A stretch of DNA of 63,857 nt, filler included, from Octopus bimaculoides (GCF_001194135.2; 12 parts of 11 records of this genome joined end to end with filler, not necessarily neighbours in it), one strand, 5' to 3'. Numbered from the whole stretch's first letter, positions 1 through 12,951 are shown. The notes: generated by a model not told the origin, from the sequence alone. Numbers and translations: made by a program.

Positions 1-65
1 TACACACATAAATACGCATGAACATAGATATAGAAATAGATATGAATGTATATGTGTTTCTGTTT

Positions 66-121
<56 letters not shown>

Positions 122-705
122 CAGGCCACGGGCTTCTACACGGTTTCCGTCTGCCTACTTCACTCACAAGGCGCGTTGGCCGGTCCGTGCTATGGTAGAA
201 GACACTAACCCAAGGTGCCGTAGAGTGGGATTGAACCCCCAAAGTCACATTGTTGCGAGGCGAACTTCTTAACCACATAGCCAAACCTGACTATATGAGA
301 CAGATCTGTTCAGACGAAACTGACCGAGGGCTAAACGACAACAACATCAACATCAACATTGCCATATTTTCCAATTTCAACCATTAGCACAACTGGTATT
401 TTGTTGGTAGTTTGCTACCAAGTAAACTAATTTGTTAACTAATAATAATTAATTTATAATTAATTATCGTTCTTGCTGTCGTTACTTAGATCCAGATAAG
501 CCTTAGATTAAGCGGTGAGTAAAGGCACTCCTGCCATGACCATCGCTATTTTTAAGGCGATACTATACAGGATTACATTATCAAGCATGTTTTCTTTGAA
601 TATAAAGGATGGAGGGTGTAATTCGGAAGAAATTTAGTTGTTATTTCTCGCATATCTGCCCGACACATAGAGATACTACTCATTGGCACGTGATCCTTTT
701 CGCTA

Positions 706-873
706 CCGTATTCTAGCGTGTATAAGGAACCCCGAATTTAGGGGAATTAAAATTTGGGGAAAAAAAAAAGTTTTGTAAGGGATTATAATACTATCCATAT
801 ATAAGAAAATCCCTTATTTTTTCAACCTAATTTTTGACAAAAAAAGGGTTCCTTTACACACGTTAGAATATGG
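706..873. mobile_element. MITE with about 27-bp TIRs and TA flanks (Tc1/pogo-like ends)
   Basis: TA|CCGTATTCTAGCGTGTATAAGGAACCC ... GGGTTCCTTTACACACGTTAGAATATGG|TA. Confidence 0.85.
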
Positions 874-1521
874 TATATATATATGTAACGGGATCAAAAG
901 CAGGTCAGGCAACCACCGAAATTATTATTATTATTATTATTATTATTATCATTGTTATTATTAATTATTATTATTATTATTATTAATTTATTATTATTAT
1001 TACTACTACTACTACTACTACTACTACTATTATTATTATTATTATTATTATTATTAAGGCGGCAAACAGACAGGATCGTTAGCTTGGCAGCATGTCGATC
1101 GTCTTTACGTTTTGATTTCAAATTCCGCCGTGGTTGAATTTGTCTTTCATCCTCTTGGGGCCGATGAGATAAATACCCGTGGAGTACAGGGGTCATGCTG
1201 GGGCATCCGCCAGTTAACAATTTACGCCCNNNNNNNNNNNNNNNNNNNNNNNNNNNNNNNNNNNNNNNNNNNNNNNNNNNNNNNNNNNNNNNNNNNNNNN
1301 NNNNNNNNNNNNNNNNNNNNNNNNNNNNNNNNNNNNNNNNNNNNNNNNNNNNNNNNNNNNNNNNNNNNNNNNNNNNNNNNNNNNNNNNNNNNNNNNNNNN
1401 NNNNNNNNNNNTCTATCGATCTCTATTGTCGAACCACTAAGTTACCGGGACATAAACACACCAACATCGGTTGTCAAGCGGCGGTGGAGGGACAAACACA
1501 GATCCACACACAAATATATAC

Positions 1522-1558
<37 letters not shown>

Positions 1559-1699
1559 ACGGGCTTCTTTCAGTTTCCGTCTACCAAATCCACTCACTAC
1601 AGTAGAAGACACTTGCCCAAGGTGCCACGCAGTGGGACTGAACCCGGAACCATGTGGTTGGGAAGCAAGCTTCTTACCACATAGCCACTCCTGCGCCTA

Positions 1700-1880
1700 C
1701 CGTATTTTAACGTGTACAAGGAACCGTTTTTTGTCAAAAATTAGGTAAAAAAAAATATGGGAGTTTCTTATACATGGGTAGTATTATGATCCCTTACAAA
1801 CCCCCCTTTTCCAAATTTTAAGACCCCTAAATTAGAAGATTCCTTATACACAAATGTTCCTTATACACGTTACAATACGC
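1700..1880. mobile_element. Second copy of the same MITE, opposite orientation
   Basis: TA|CCGTATTTTAACGTGTACAAGGAAC ... GTTCCTTATACACGTTACAATACGC|TA. The interior is the reverse complement of 706-873. Confidence 0.8.
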
Positions 1881-2253
1881 TATATATTCAATTATGTATA
1901 TACTTCAATATATATATACATATATAAATTTGCATGTAACTGTGTGTATATAAATGTTTTATATAGACAGGCACAATTAACATACATGCTTATGTTGACG
2001 AATAAATGTAGAAACGGAGATAAGTGTGTGTATGTGCATGTGTATGCGTGTATGTGTTTGTATCTGTATGTACACACATAATAAAAACCCTCGCACTCAC
2101 ACACACACACACACACATGCGTCCTTCACCTTCTTCATCCCTTCGTATGCCTCCTCCTACGTCAACAACAACAAGAACAACAACAACAACAAAACTACTA
2201 CAACCACCTCCACCACCATTACTACTACTGCTACTACTAGTATCACCACCACC

Positions 2254-2299
<46 letters not shown>

Positions 2300-2624
2300 A
2301 CAGGTTCCAGCATAATATCGGCGCTTACTACAACAATGCAGTGAATGTCCTTCGGTGCACCGTACTAAACCACATGCACACCTATGCAGTTCCAATCTCC
2401 ATGTATTGCTGACACATCTTTCTGCAGAAACTTTAACAACATAAGCATGTGATATGCTGATATGCTGCAGCAATGCAGTTGGTGAATTATACTGCAGTCT
2501 TGCATTTTGTCTCTTCAAATAACATATATGTGCATGCATTCTCATATGGATGTATGTATATATTGCAATATTACATATATGCATATATATATATACAATA
2601 TACATTCACATCTATACATTCATA

Positions 2625-2670
<46 letters not shown>

Positions 2671-2782
2671 ACTATATAGATACATATAATTATATAATTG
2701 TATGTATATGCATAATTGAGTGCATTTACGTATTTAGATATGCATATGCATGGCTATCAGCATATATATGTGTGTGTGTGTG

Positions 2783-2815
<33 letters not shown>

Positions 2816-3512
2816 NNNNNNNNNNNNNNNNNNNNNNNNNNNNNNNNNNNNNNNNNNNNNNNNNNNNNNNNNNNNNNNNNNNNNNNNNNNNNNNNNNNNN
2901 NNNNNNNNNNNNNNNNNNNNNNNNNNNNNNNNNNNNNNNNNNNNNNNNNNNNNNNNNNNNNNNNNNNNNNNNNNNNNNNNNNNNNNNNNNNNNNNNNNNN
3001 NNNNNNNNNNNNNNNNNNNNNNNNNNNNNNNNNNNNNNNNNNNNNNNNNNNNNNNNNNNNNNNNNNNNNNNNNNNNNNNNNNNNNNNNNNNNNNNNNNNN
3101 NNNNNNNNNNNNNNNNNNNNNNNNNNNNNNNNNNNNNNNNNNNNNNNNNNNNNNNNNNNNNNNNNNNNNNNNNNNNNNNNNNNNNNNNNNNNNNNNNNNN
3201 NNNNNNNNNNNNNNNNNNNNNNNNNNNNNNNNNNNNNNNNNNNNNNNNNNNNNNNNNNNNNNNNNNNNNNNNNNNNNNNNNNNNNNNNNNNNNNNNNNNN
3301 NNNNNNNNNNNNNNNNNNNNNNNNNNNNNNNNNNNNNNNNNNNNNNNNNNNNNNNNNNNNNNNNNNNNNNNNNNNNNNNNNNNNNNNNNNNNNNNNNNNN
3401 NNNNNNNNNNNNNNNNNNNNNNNNNNNNNNNNNNNATATATATATATGTATGTATGTATATATAGATATATATATATATAAATATATGCATATGTACATT
3501 TGTATATAAATG

Positions 3513-3547
<35 letters not shown>

Positions 3548-4824
3548 GTATGCATGTATATATGTACATTTTATATATACGTCATATACACACATAAACC
3601 GATAGACATACATGTATGGATAAAACGAAAAGGATTTCGGATGAATAACAGTAACTCGCCAGTGCTATCTATTTGAACAAAGCCGAATAAAGGTATATCA
3701 AATAACAATGAATCATAAAATCTTGCTTTATTGCAACCCACAAAAGAAATTTTGAAAACCCTCAATGGTCACATTTTGGCGTCGAGAAAGAAATCATCAC
3801 GTGACTGTTAAGGCAAAATGCTAGCGTTCAAAGAAAGCTTTGGCGGGAAAATATACATGAATTGAATCAGTATGTAAGAAACAACAGAAAGACCAAATAT
3901 CTTCAATTTCAATTCTTGATATTGAGACTGTGAATGTCTAGAAATTTCGAAAATAATTTTAAGAAACCCTTCTGTTCCAAATCAACTGTAAAATGCTGAG
4001 AAGGAAATATGAAAAATATAAACAAGATGAAACTTGCATATAGTCTTGTATTTAGATAGCTATCAAGAGAATCAAAGGCCCTTTCCGAGCCATGGGGGTC
4101 ATAAAGCCGGTTTCCCGGATTCTGCGGTGTGTGTATTTCTCGCCATGGATGGGATACTGGACCACTGCAGTATTACCCATTTTTGCCTTTTGAATGGACT
4201 GGAGCTATGTGAAATGAAGTGTTTTGCTCAAGAGGACAAAGCATCGCCCTTGTGAGTGGATTTCGTAGACGGAAACTGAAAGAAGTCCCTCGTGCGTGTA
4301 TATATGTGTGTGTATGTTTGTGTGTCTTTGTGTCTCTGTTTGTCCACCATCACCGCTTGACAACCGGTGCTGGTTTGTTTACGTCCCCGTAACTTAGCGG
4401 TTTTGCGCAAGACATCGTTAGAATAAGTACCCGCCTTAAAAAAAAATTAGCACTAGAGTCGATTTGATCGACTAAAACCCTTCAATGCGGTGCCCCAGCA
4501 TGACCGTTGTTTAATGACTAAAATAAATAACATATAAAACATAAAAGGTAAATTATTGATATTTCAGGGAATGGATGAGAGAATCTTAGACAAATTGCCT
4601 TTTCATGATTTATTTCTGAGTTCAAATCCCGTCCTCTTCGAATGCCTTCTTAATTTCTTAATCTTCTTTGATCAATAGAGAAATATTGAGGCCGATCTAA
4701 CCGCTACACAGTCTGACACACTTCCGTCTAGTGATTGGCCAAATCTTTACGCATAAATTAAATCCGAAGTGCGCAATTGAGATATGTAAATTAGAAAAGC
4801 CATCTACTTAGTATACTGTCACTC

Positions 4825-5132
4825 TGTCGGTTACGAGGACGAGAGTTCTAGTTGATCCCATAAATGCAACAGCCAGCTTGTGAAATTCACGCGCAATTGG
4901 TAGAGCATTCCACAGACACGTGTACCCTTAACGTAGTTCTCAGGGAGATTCAGCGTGACACAGATTGTGACAAGACTGGCCCTTTGAGATACAGGTACAA
5001 CACATTTTTGCCAGCTGAGTGAACTGGAGCAATATGAAATAGAGTATCTTGTTAAAGGAAACAACACGTCGCCGGGAATTGAACCCATGACCTTATGACC
5101 GTAAGCTTAACACCCTAACCAATAAGCCACGA
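4825..5132 (-). mobile_element. tRNA-derived SINE of a third family
   Basis: Minus head cgtggcttattggttagggtgtt..gggttcaattcccggcg (B-box GTTCAATTCC). The body ccttaacgtagttctc..attcagcgtgacaca..tacaggtacaac is shared with 62270-62415. Confidence 0.7.
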
Positions 5133-8100
5133 ACGTTCACTGTTTATCATACTTAATGTATACACTCTGTCGATTTATTTTGTTTATAACACAGCACGTC
5201 CTTAAGGGATTTTATCTCAGGACAAATACACAACAACTGGCCTATCAACAGCGCATATATGTTAAGTATGATATATAGTTGGCTATGTTCACCTTGGAAT
5301 CATGAAGTTCTGGTTTCATGTCCAATGCCTGGTATCTTGGGAAATGTCATTCACTAAAAGTTGGGCGTACATCGGAGCCTTCTGAATGAAGATGAATTGA
5401 TGGAGACTGTTTAAAATCCATCTGATGGAAATTACGAACAATTAAAATACTCAGCCCTTCTAGTTTTGCCAAAGGATTGAATCCTTTGGTAGGATTATAC
5501 GCTAATAAAATGAGAAGATAATCCAGTGAATCTAACAGCTGAATGCTCATCTTCGAAACTGTTGGAAATCCAGATTTTAGCGTTCGGTGGTTCAAATTCA
5601 GTCAGAGATAGACTTTAGCTTTCATCCTTTTAGCATTTTTAAGTAAGTTTCGTACACCCAGGCGCAGACATGGGTGTGTCTATTAAGAGACTCTCGTTGG
5701 AGTGTTGTGGTTTCGGGTTCAGTTCCACCGCGCGGCACCTTGAGCAAATGTCTCCTGTTATATCCCCAGACCGACCAGTGTCTTATGAGTGAAAATGGAA
5801 CATGGAAACTGAGTTGAAACCTGCCGTCTTTGTATAGAAAGAAAGATAGATAAGTAGATAGACAGACAACGACAAAGAGACAGAGAGAAAGAGAGAGAAA
5901 TAGAGAGATGTGTGTATATGTAACTGTGTTTCTTCCTTCAACAGAGGTATTGGTTCGTTTACGGCCCCTAACTTAGAATTTCGGTAAAAGAGATCGATAG
6001 AATAATTACCAGATATTAAAGTGAGTATTGGGGTAGATTTGTTGACCTAACACTCGTCAAAGTGGTCTGCAGCATGGCTGCTGTCCAATGAATGGAACAA
6101 GTGATATTGTAAGCATTATTTTAAAATAACTTCGACCCAACGTGATGGATACCAATAATGCTCAAGAGCGCTGAAATTTTAATCGATATGTTTTTTATCT
6201 GTTCCTTTACTCGTTTCAGTTAGTGGACTGCGGCCATGCTACAACAATGTCTTCACGTTATTAGTCGAACAAATAAACGCAAGTATTTCTTTTTTTAAAA
6301 TTTGGTTCTTATTCGATCTTTCTCTTTTGCGGCACCTCTAAGTTACGAGGACGTAAACAAACCAACAACGATAGTTGAGCGGTCGGGGTGGCGCGTACAA
6401 ACATAAATACGCACATATAATACATATCCCATGTTAATATAGACACTAAGGCGCCGAGATGGCAGAGTCGTTAGCACGCCGGACAAAATGCTCAGCGTCA
6501 TTTCGTCTGTCTTTACGTTCTGAGTTCAAATTTCACCGAGGTCGAATTTACCATTCATCCTTTTGGGGTCGATGAATTAAGTACCAGTGAAACACTGGGG
6601 TCGATGTAATCGACTTATCCCCTCTCCCTAAAATTGTTGACCTTGTGCCAAAGTTTGAAATCATATTAATATACACACTCATACACCATTTTTATTTGTA
6701 AGTACGTATGGACATACGTTCGTATGTATGCATGTATACGACGGGCTTCCACATAGTTTCCATTTAATTTCCGTCGAGTAAATCTACTCAAGAGTCATTA
6801 TTTCGTCCGGGGCTAGAGTAAGAATAGTTTCCCAAAGAAATACACAACTGAACTGAAACCGAAGCCACGTGGCTGCAAAGCTAACTTCTTGTTCACACAA
6901 CTTTGCGTGCGCTGGTGTTTCTAGATTTTTCTTTTCAGGCTTGATAGGCGTCTACATTATGCATTCTGTATTTCCCATTTGATTACTTGAGAGAGAATTG
7001 TTTACTGTTTTTAGCGGGTCAGGTTAATATACAGGATCCTTCGTTGGATTATATATTTAATGTACTAACTCAAAACATTTTAATTAACGAACATTACAGC
7101 CGAAATTAAGAGGGGGGGAAAAACCCATTATCTTATTGACTAATAATAGTGAAGTTGACAGGGGAGATAAGCCTAGTTAATTAATTTTAATTACTTTAAA
7201 ATTAATTAGATATAGAATACAGTGGAGAATAAGTGTGGTCGTTGGTACAACGCTAACGTGTATGTTCCTTAACATATATGTTTGTGAGCCTGAATGTGTG
7301 TGTGTTTATATGTATGTACATACACACACACACAAACACACACACACATACACACACACACACACATATATATATGTACGTATCTACGTATATACGTCTA
7401 TATCATACATACACCTATACATACATACATACATACATACATTACATATATATATATATATANNNNNNNNNNNNNNNNNNNNNNNNNNNNNNNNNNNNNN
7501 NNNNNNNNNNNNNNNNNNNNNNNNNNNNNNNNNNNNNNNNNNNNNNNNNNNNNNNNNNNNNNNNNNNNNNNNNNNNNNNNNNNNNNNNNNNNNNNNNNNN
7601 NNNNNNNNNNNNNNNNNNNNNNNNNNNNNNNNNNNNNNNNNNNNNNNNNNNNNNNNNNNNNNNNNNNNNNNNNNNNNNNNNNNNNNNNNNNNNNNNNNNN
7701 NNNNNNNNNNNNNNNNNNNNNNNNNNNNNNNNNNNNNNNNNNNNNNNNNNNNNNNNNNNNNNNNNNNNNNNNNNNNNNNNNNNNNNNNNNNNNNNNNNNN
7801 NNNNNNNNNNNNNNNNNNNNNNNNNNNNNNNNNNNNNNNNNNNNNNNNNNNNNNNNNNNNNNNNNNNNNNNNNNNNNNNNNNNNNNNNNNNNNNNNNNNN
7901 NNNNNNNNNNNNNNNNNNNNNNNNNNNNNNNNNNNNNNNNNNNNNNNNNNNNNNNNNNNNNNNNNNNNNNNNNNNNNNNNNNNNNNNNNNNNNNNNNNNN
8001 NNNNNNNNNNNNNNNNNNNNNNNNNNNNNNNNNNNNNNNNNNNNNNNNNNNNNNNNNNNNNNNNNNNNNNNNNNNNNNNNNNNNNNNNNNNNNNNNNNNN

Positions 8101-8591
8101 NNNNNNNNNNNNNNNNNNNNNNNNNNNNNNNNNNNNNNNNNNNNNNNNNNNNNNNNNNNNNNNNNNNNNNNNNNNNNNNNNNNNNNNNNNNNNNNNNNNN
8201 NNNNNNNNNNNNNNNNNNNNNNNNNNNNNNNNNNNNNNNNNNNNNNNNNNNNNNNNNNNNNNNNNNNNNNNNNNNNNNNNNNNNNNNNNNNNNNNNNNNN
8301 NNNNNNNNNNNNNNNNNNNNNNNNNNNNNGGTATGTGGGTAAGGGGTGGGTGTAAGGAATCGGTTGGGGTGAAGTGGGAAGGTAGAGTAGGAATGTGTTG
8401 GGGTGGGGTGGCATGAGCTTATGAGGGAGGGTTGATGATGAAGGGGGAAGGGGAAGGTGGATATAAGAGAGGGGGAAGGTGGGTATGGGAGGAGGGAGAA
8501 AGAGAGGAAGAGAAAGAGAGTGAGAGAGAAGAGAGTGAGAGCGAGAGAGAGAGAAAGAGAGAGAGAGAGTAAGAGAGAAAAGAGTGAGAGA

Positions 8592-8622
<31 letters not shown>

Positions 8623-9367
8623 ATGGAACAAAAATGCATTGGAGGACAATAAACATTCGGACAGATAGACGATACAAAGGGGGACAGGAAAAACAACAAT
8701 TAGAACAGAGAAAAAAGACGGGTCATTCTTGACTTTCTTTCTTCAGTCAAGTTACCAGATGTCCTTACAGTTTCAGGCATTTACACTTGAGACTGTTCGA
8801 TCTGGTTGCCACCCCACCCCGCAAAAAAAGTCTAAGAACGTTAGATTTTTTTGTAAGAAAGCTAGCGAATGTGTACGGTAATAGAGACAAAAAACGTAGA
8901 ACATGGAACACAATTACAAATATAAACAACAAGAATATAACAAGAGGTGTCTTTCGACTGATGACGAATCAAATTGAGCAGGTGTGTATAAAGTGAAACT
9001 CTAAAGGCAGGAACATAAGAGATGGACATAAGAGGTGTTGGCGGTCGGCAGTCAGGGCAAGAAAGAAAGATCATGGCTGGCCAGACACCGGTCACGTTGA
9101 AGGAGTTGAGAGTGGTAGGGGGAAGCGGGATTGAAAGATTAGAAAAAATCAATGAGACAAAAGGAAAGGGTCAGGGGAGATAAACGAGGAGCAAAAGTAG
9201 AAGTTAAAGAAAGAGAGAGCCAAAAAATGTGAGAGAGAGAGGGGGAGCGAGAAAAAGAAAAGAGGAAGAAAGTATGAGGGGGACTAAAAGACAGACTAAA
9301 AGAGTCGTACAAAATTTAGATACATACTTATTATAAAGTGAGCACAAGTGTGTACGTACGCCGCTAT

Positions 9368-9785
9368 ATCTCTTTTACTCTTTTACTTGTTTCAGTCATT
9401 TTGACTGCGGCCATGCTGGGGCACCGCCCTTTTAGTCGAGCAAATCGATTCAAGGACTTATTCTTTGTAAGCCTAGTACTTATTCTATCGGTCTTTTTTT
9501 GCCGAACCGCTAAGTTACGGGGACGTAAACACACCAGCATCGGTTGTCAAGCGAAGTTGGGGGGGAGCAAACACAGACACACAAGCATATACACACATAC
9601 ATATATACATACATATATACGACGAGCTTCTTTCAGTTTCCGTCTACCAAATCCACTCACAAGGCTTTGGTTGGCCCGAGGCTATAGTAGAAGACACTTG
9701 ACCAAGGTACCACGCAGTGGGACTGAACCCAGAACCATGTGGCTGGTATGCAAGCTACTTACCACACAGCCACTCCCGCGCCTAT
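9368..9785 (-). mobile_element. Complete copy of composite tRNA-derived SINE (family B/C: tRNA head, internal (TA/CA)n, conserved tail ending in (AAAGAGT)n)
   Basis: Minus head GGAGTGGCTGTGTGGTAAG (A-box-like)..GGGTTCAGTCCC (B-box-like). Other full or partial copies at about 126-283, 1412-1697, 4230-4530, 5660-6110, 19345-19510, 25300-25460, 26880-27130, 33585-33800, 34540-34760, 35214-35305, 36725-36875, 37625-37850 and 63805-63857. Confidence 0.9.
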
Positions 9786-10309
9786 GTATATATTAATATA
9801 AAAAATGGAAGAAAAACGCAATAAAACATTCAGAAAGGTAGACGACGCAAAGGCGAACAGGAGAAACAACAATTTGAAGGACAGGGGAGAAAAAGGATGG
9901 GTCATTCGTGGCCTTCTTTCTTCAATTATTGTTGTTTAGGTGGCAACCTGAAAGAACATAGTAAGAGGAAGGATATAATATCCAGGCATATATATATATA
10001 GTCAGCACTTTTGAAGCCATAACTATGCCTCAGTAGATCTGTATGGCAGCGACTTGCTCTTTTTCGTTTATTCCATGGTCTCCGAGACTGACACGAGGAA
10101 GGAGTGGGGAAGAAACGTACCATCAAACCAGAGCTGCGGATGTTTGTAATAGAGTAAACTCTGCTTAAGGTACCCAATGGCCACGTGGTTGTGTCATACT
10201 GGGAACCGGATCAAGTCTTCTGCTCAATAAAGAACTTAGAATGCAAGGAATCGGAACAAATACCGCAATGCACTTTCTTTAAGGCTCTAGCAATTCCGCG
10301 AACCCCACC

Positions 10310-11280
10310 TGGGCCCTTGTACTGGTGTTATATTTTATAAAATCTCGAAATCAAATTTGTTTCCAGTTGAATTTGAACTCGGGGCAGGAAAAAATATAGT
10401 TCTTTCTAAGACTGGTATAATGCCAATGGTTTAATGCCATTGATTACATCAACCTCAGTACTTGACTGGTATTTATGCTATGATCCTCGAAAAGATGAAT
10501 GGCAAACTCGCCCTATGTAGAATTTGAACTCAGAACCTAAAAACGGACAAACTGCCACTAAGCGTTTTGTTCGACGTGCCTAGCGATTCTTCTAGGTCGC
10601 CAGGTCGCCACCTAGACAACAATAATCATTATTATTATTCTTTCTACTGTAGACACAAGGTTTGAAATTTTAGAAGAGGAGTCAAGTCGGTTACATAGAC
10701 CCTAGTGCTCAACTGTTACTTATTTTATCGACCCCAAAGGAGAAAAGCAATGTCGACCTCGTCACATTTGAATTCAGAGCGTTGGGTAAGGAAGTAATGC
10801 ATTTCGTCAGGTGCGATAACGATCCTACCAGCTCGCCACTTAACTAGTTTCGAATTTTGGCCTAAAGGCCAGAAGTTTTAATAGGAGGGAATTAACCGAT
10901 TTTATCGACCGCAGTGCTCAACTGGTATTTATTTTATCGCCCCAGAAGGATAAAATTAATGGCTACCTCGTCGCATTTGAATTCAAGATGTTAAGTCGGA
11001 CGTAATGCAGTTTAGCATTTTGCCAGGCGCGATAACGATTTTATCAGCTTGCCGCTTAACTAGTTTCAAATTTTGGTATAAAGGCCAGCAGTTTCAGCAC
11101 AAGGGGATTAACCGATTATATCAACCCTAGCGCTAAACTGGTGCTTATTCTATCGATCCCGAAAGGATGAAGGGCAAAGATGACTTCGCTGCAATTTGAA
11201 CTCAGAACATCAGATCGGAAGAAATGCTACTGAGCATTTTGTTCGACGCGTAAATGATTCTTCCAGTTCACTGCGTTCTA
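10310..11280 (-). mobile_element. Head-to-tail array of about 5-6 family A SINE copies/fragments
   Basis: The motifs ttatcgacccc..aaaggat..atttgaactcagaac..gctaagc/gcatttt..aacgatt recur every 170-200 bp, all on minus. Confidence 0.85.
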
Positions 11281-11669
11281 ATAATAGCAAATCGCCTTTT
11301 AATTTAGTATGAACTGCACACTCATGAATTGGGCAAATTAATGACTTTTTTTGTTTTGTTTTGTCTCAGCACAGATGCGCCTCGCCAAGTTAGTTCTTAT
11401 GCACTTGCAATTCGCCCGTGGTAATGAAAAGCTTCTCCAACGCTGTTCTACATACACGCTCTTTAGTATTTGGTCACAATGACATAAGAAAGAATAACAA
11501 GAAGAAATAAATAGAGAATTCTTTAGAGAAAGGCCTACGAATGGAATTCTTTCAAGTAATTGCCAAAGTTATATTAGCTATTTGTTGCATTAAATGCGGT
11601 ATTGAATTCTTTAGTTAATAGCACAACCGAGTAATTATTATTAATTAGCGTTAATACTAATTAATCGTG

Positions 11670-11700
<31 letters not shown>

Positions 11701-12334
11701 ACTCACATACATGCATACAGTTACTTACATACATACATACACATATATATATATATATATATGTATGCATATACGTATATATGTATGTATATATATGCGT
11801 ATATGTATATATGTATATATGTATCTATGCATATATGTATATGTATATACGCACAAACGCACACGCACACACACACGCACACGCACACACGCACACACAC
11901 ACACATACATCAGGCAGCTGACTAAATGAATAAACCATCTGGAATTCCTGCAATTTTGTTCGCTTCGCCAAATCTTTGTCTTTCAATGACAAACCTTACA
12001 CCAAACTTGTTAGAAAGTTTCACAACCAAGGTAAACTTGGATTACAGTTATATAACGAAGGTCCAATATAGAAACCTCTATGCTTGGCATGCTAGAAATA
12101 GCAGCCTCCTCTTCTAGATGCTTTGTGTAAGAAAAACACACACCGATGACGACTATGACCATATTCCTGAAATATTTTAAAATGGTATTTTAAAACAAAG
12201 CAGGCATCTTCAGTAGAGACACACACAAACACACACATAAAGACACATACACACACAGGTACACAGAAACACACACACATTTTCTCTCACACTCATACCC
12301 CGTCTTTCACGAGGACAACTGCGTAAAGAAGTGC

Positions 12335-12792
12335 CGATCTCTAATTATGAATGGAACCTGTTCAAGGACTTGGCCCAGAAAGACGTGGCACGAGTTGGTG
12401 AAATACGATCTTCGGTTGCCGGGTCTCAAGGAGAGGCGACGACAAGTGACCGAGACTTCTAGCGATTTGTGGTGCAAGAGAAGACACTTCGAGCTAAGTG
12501 AAATCGTGACCATGGCCAGTATCGGTGACACGTAAAAGGCACACGTGCCAATGACACGCAAGAGGCACCAATGCCGGTGATGCGTATACAGAACCCATGA
12601 CCGTGACACATAATTATGCACCCGGTAAATTCTGTAAAGTGGTTAGCATTAGGAAAGTCATCCAGCCGTAGATATATCAACCCAAAACAGACGACTAGGG
12701 CCCGTTACAGCGTTCCGGTTTAGCAGCTCGGGTCAACCTGTCTAACCCATGCCGGCTTGGGAAACAGACGTGAAATGATAATGATGATGATG
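12335..12792 (+). mobile_element. RTE-clade LINE 3' fragment with (GAT)n tail
   Basis: GTCSRTWPRKTWHELVKYDLRLPGL is an RTE ORF C-terminus. It is followed by a UTR homologous to 43335-43600 and ends ..AACCCATGCCGGCTTGGGAAACAGACGTGAAATGATAATGATGATG. Confidence 0.8.
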
Positions 12793-12886
12793 CTATATAT
12801 TCACACACATGCATACACACACACACTCACACACACACAGGCACACAAGCACGCAAACACACACACATAGATATGTGTGTGTGTGT

Positions 12887-12949
<63 letters not shown>

Positions 12950-12951
<2 letters not shown>

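Noticed and set aside
2550-3613. Long ORFs rich in YI, HT, CV or X, here and throughout the ORF track
   Set aside because: Translations of dinucleotide/tetranucleotide microsatellites and N runs.
5347-5595. Minus ORF with Leu-rich, LRR-like spacing (LAKLEGLSILIVRN)
   Set aside because: Does not fit the LxxLxLxxN register exactly, shows no repeated units and has no convincing splice sites.
8331-8500. G-run tract with G-quadruplex potential (also 47950-48110)
   Set aside because: Grades into (GA)n low-complexity sequence next to a gap; nothing indicates function.
10310-11280. CRISPR-like repeat-spacer array
   Set aside because: Units are 170-200 bp diverged SINE copies in a eukaryotic context, with no cas genes.
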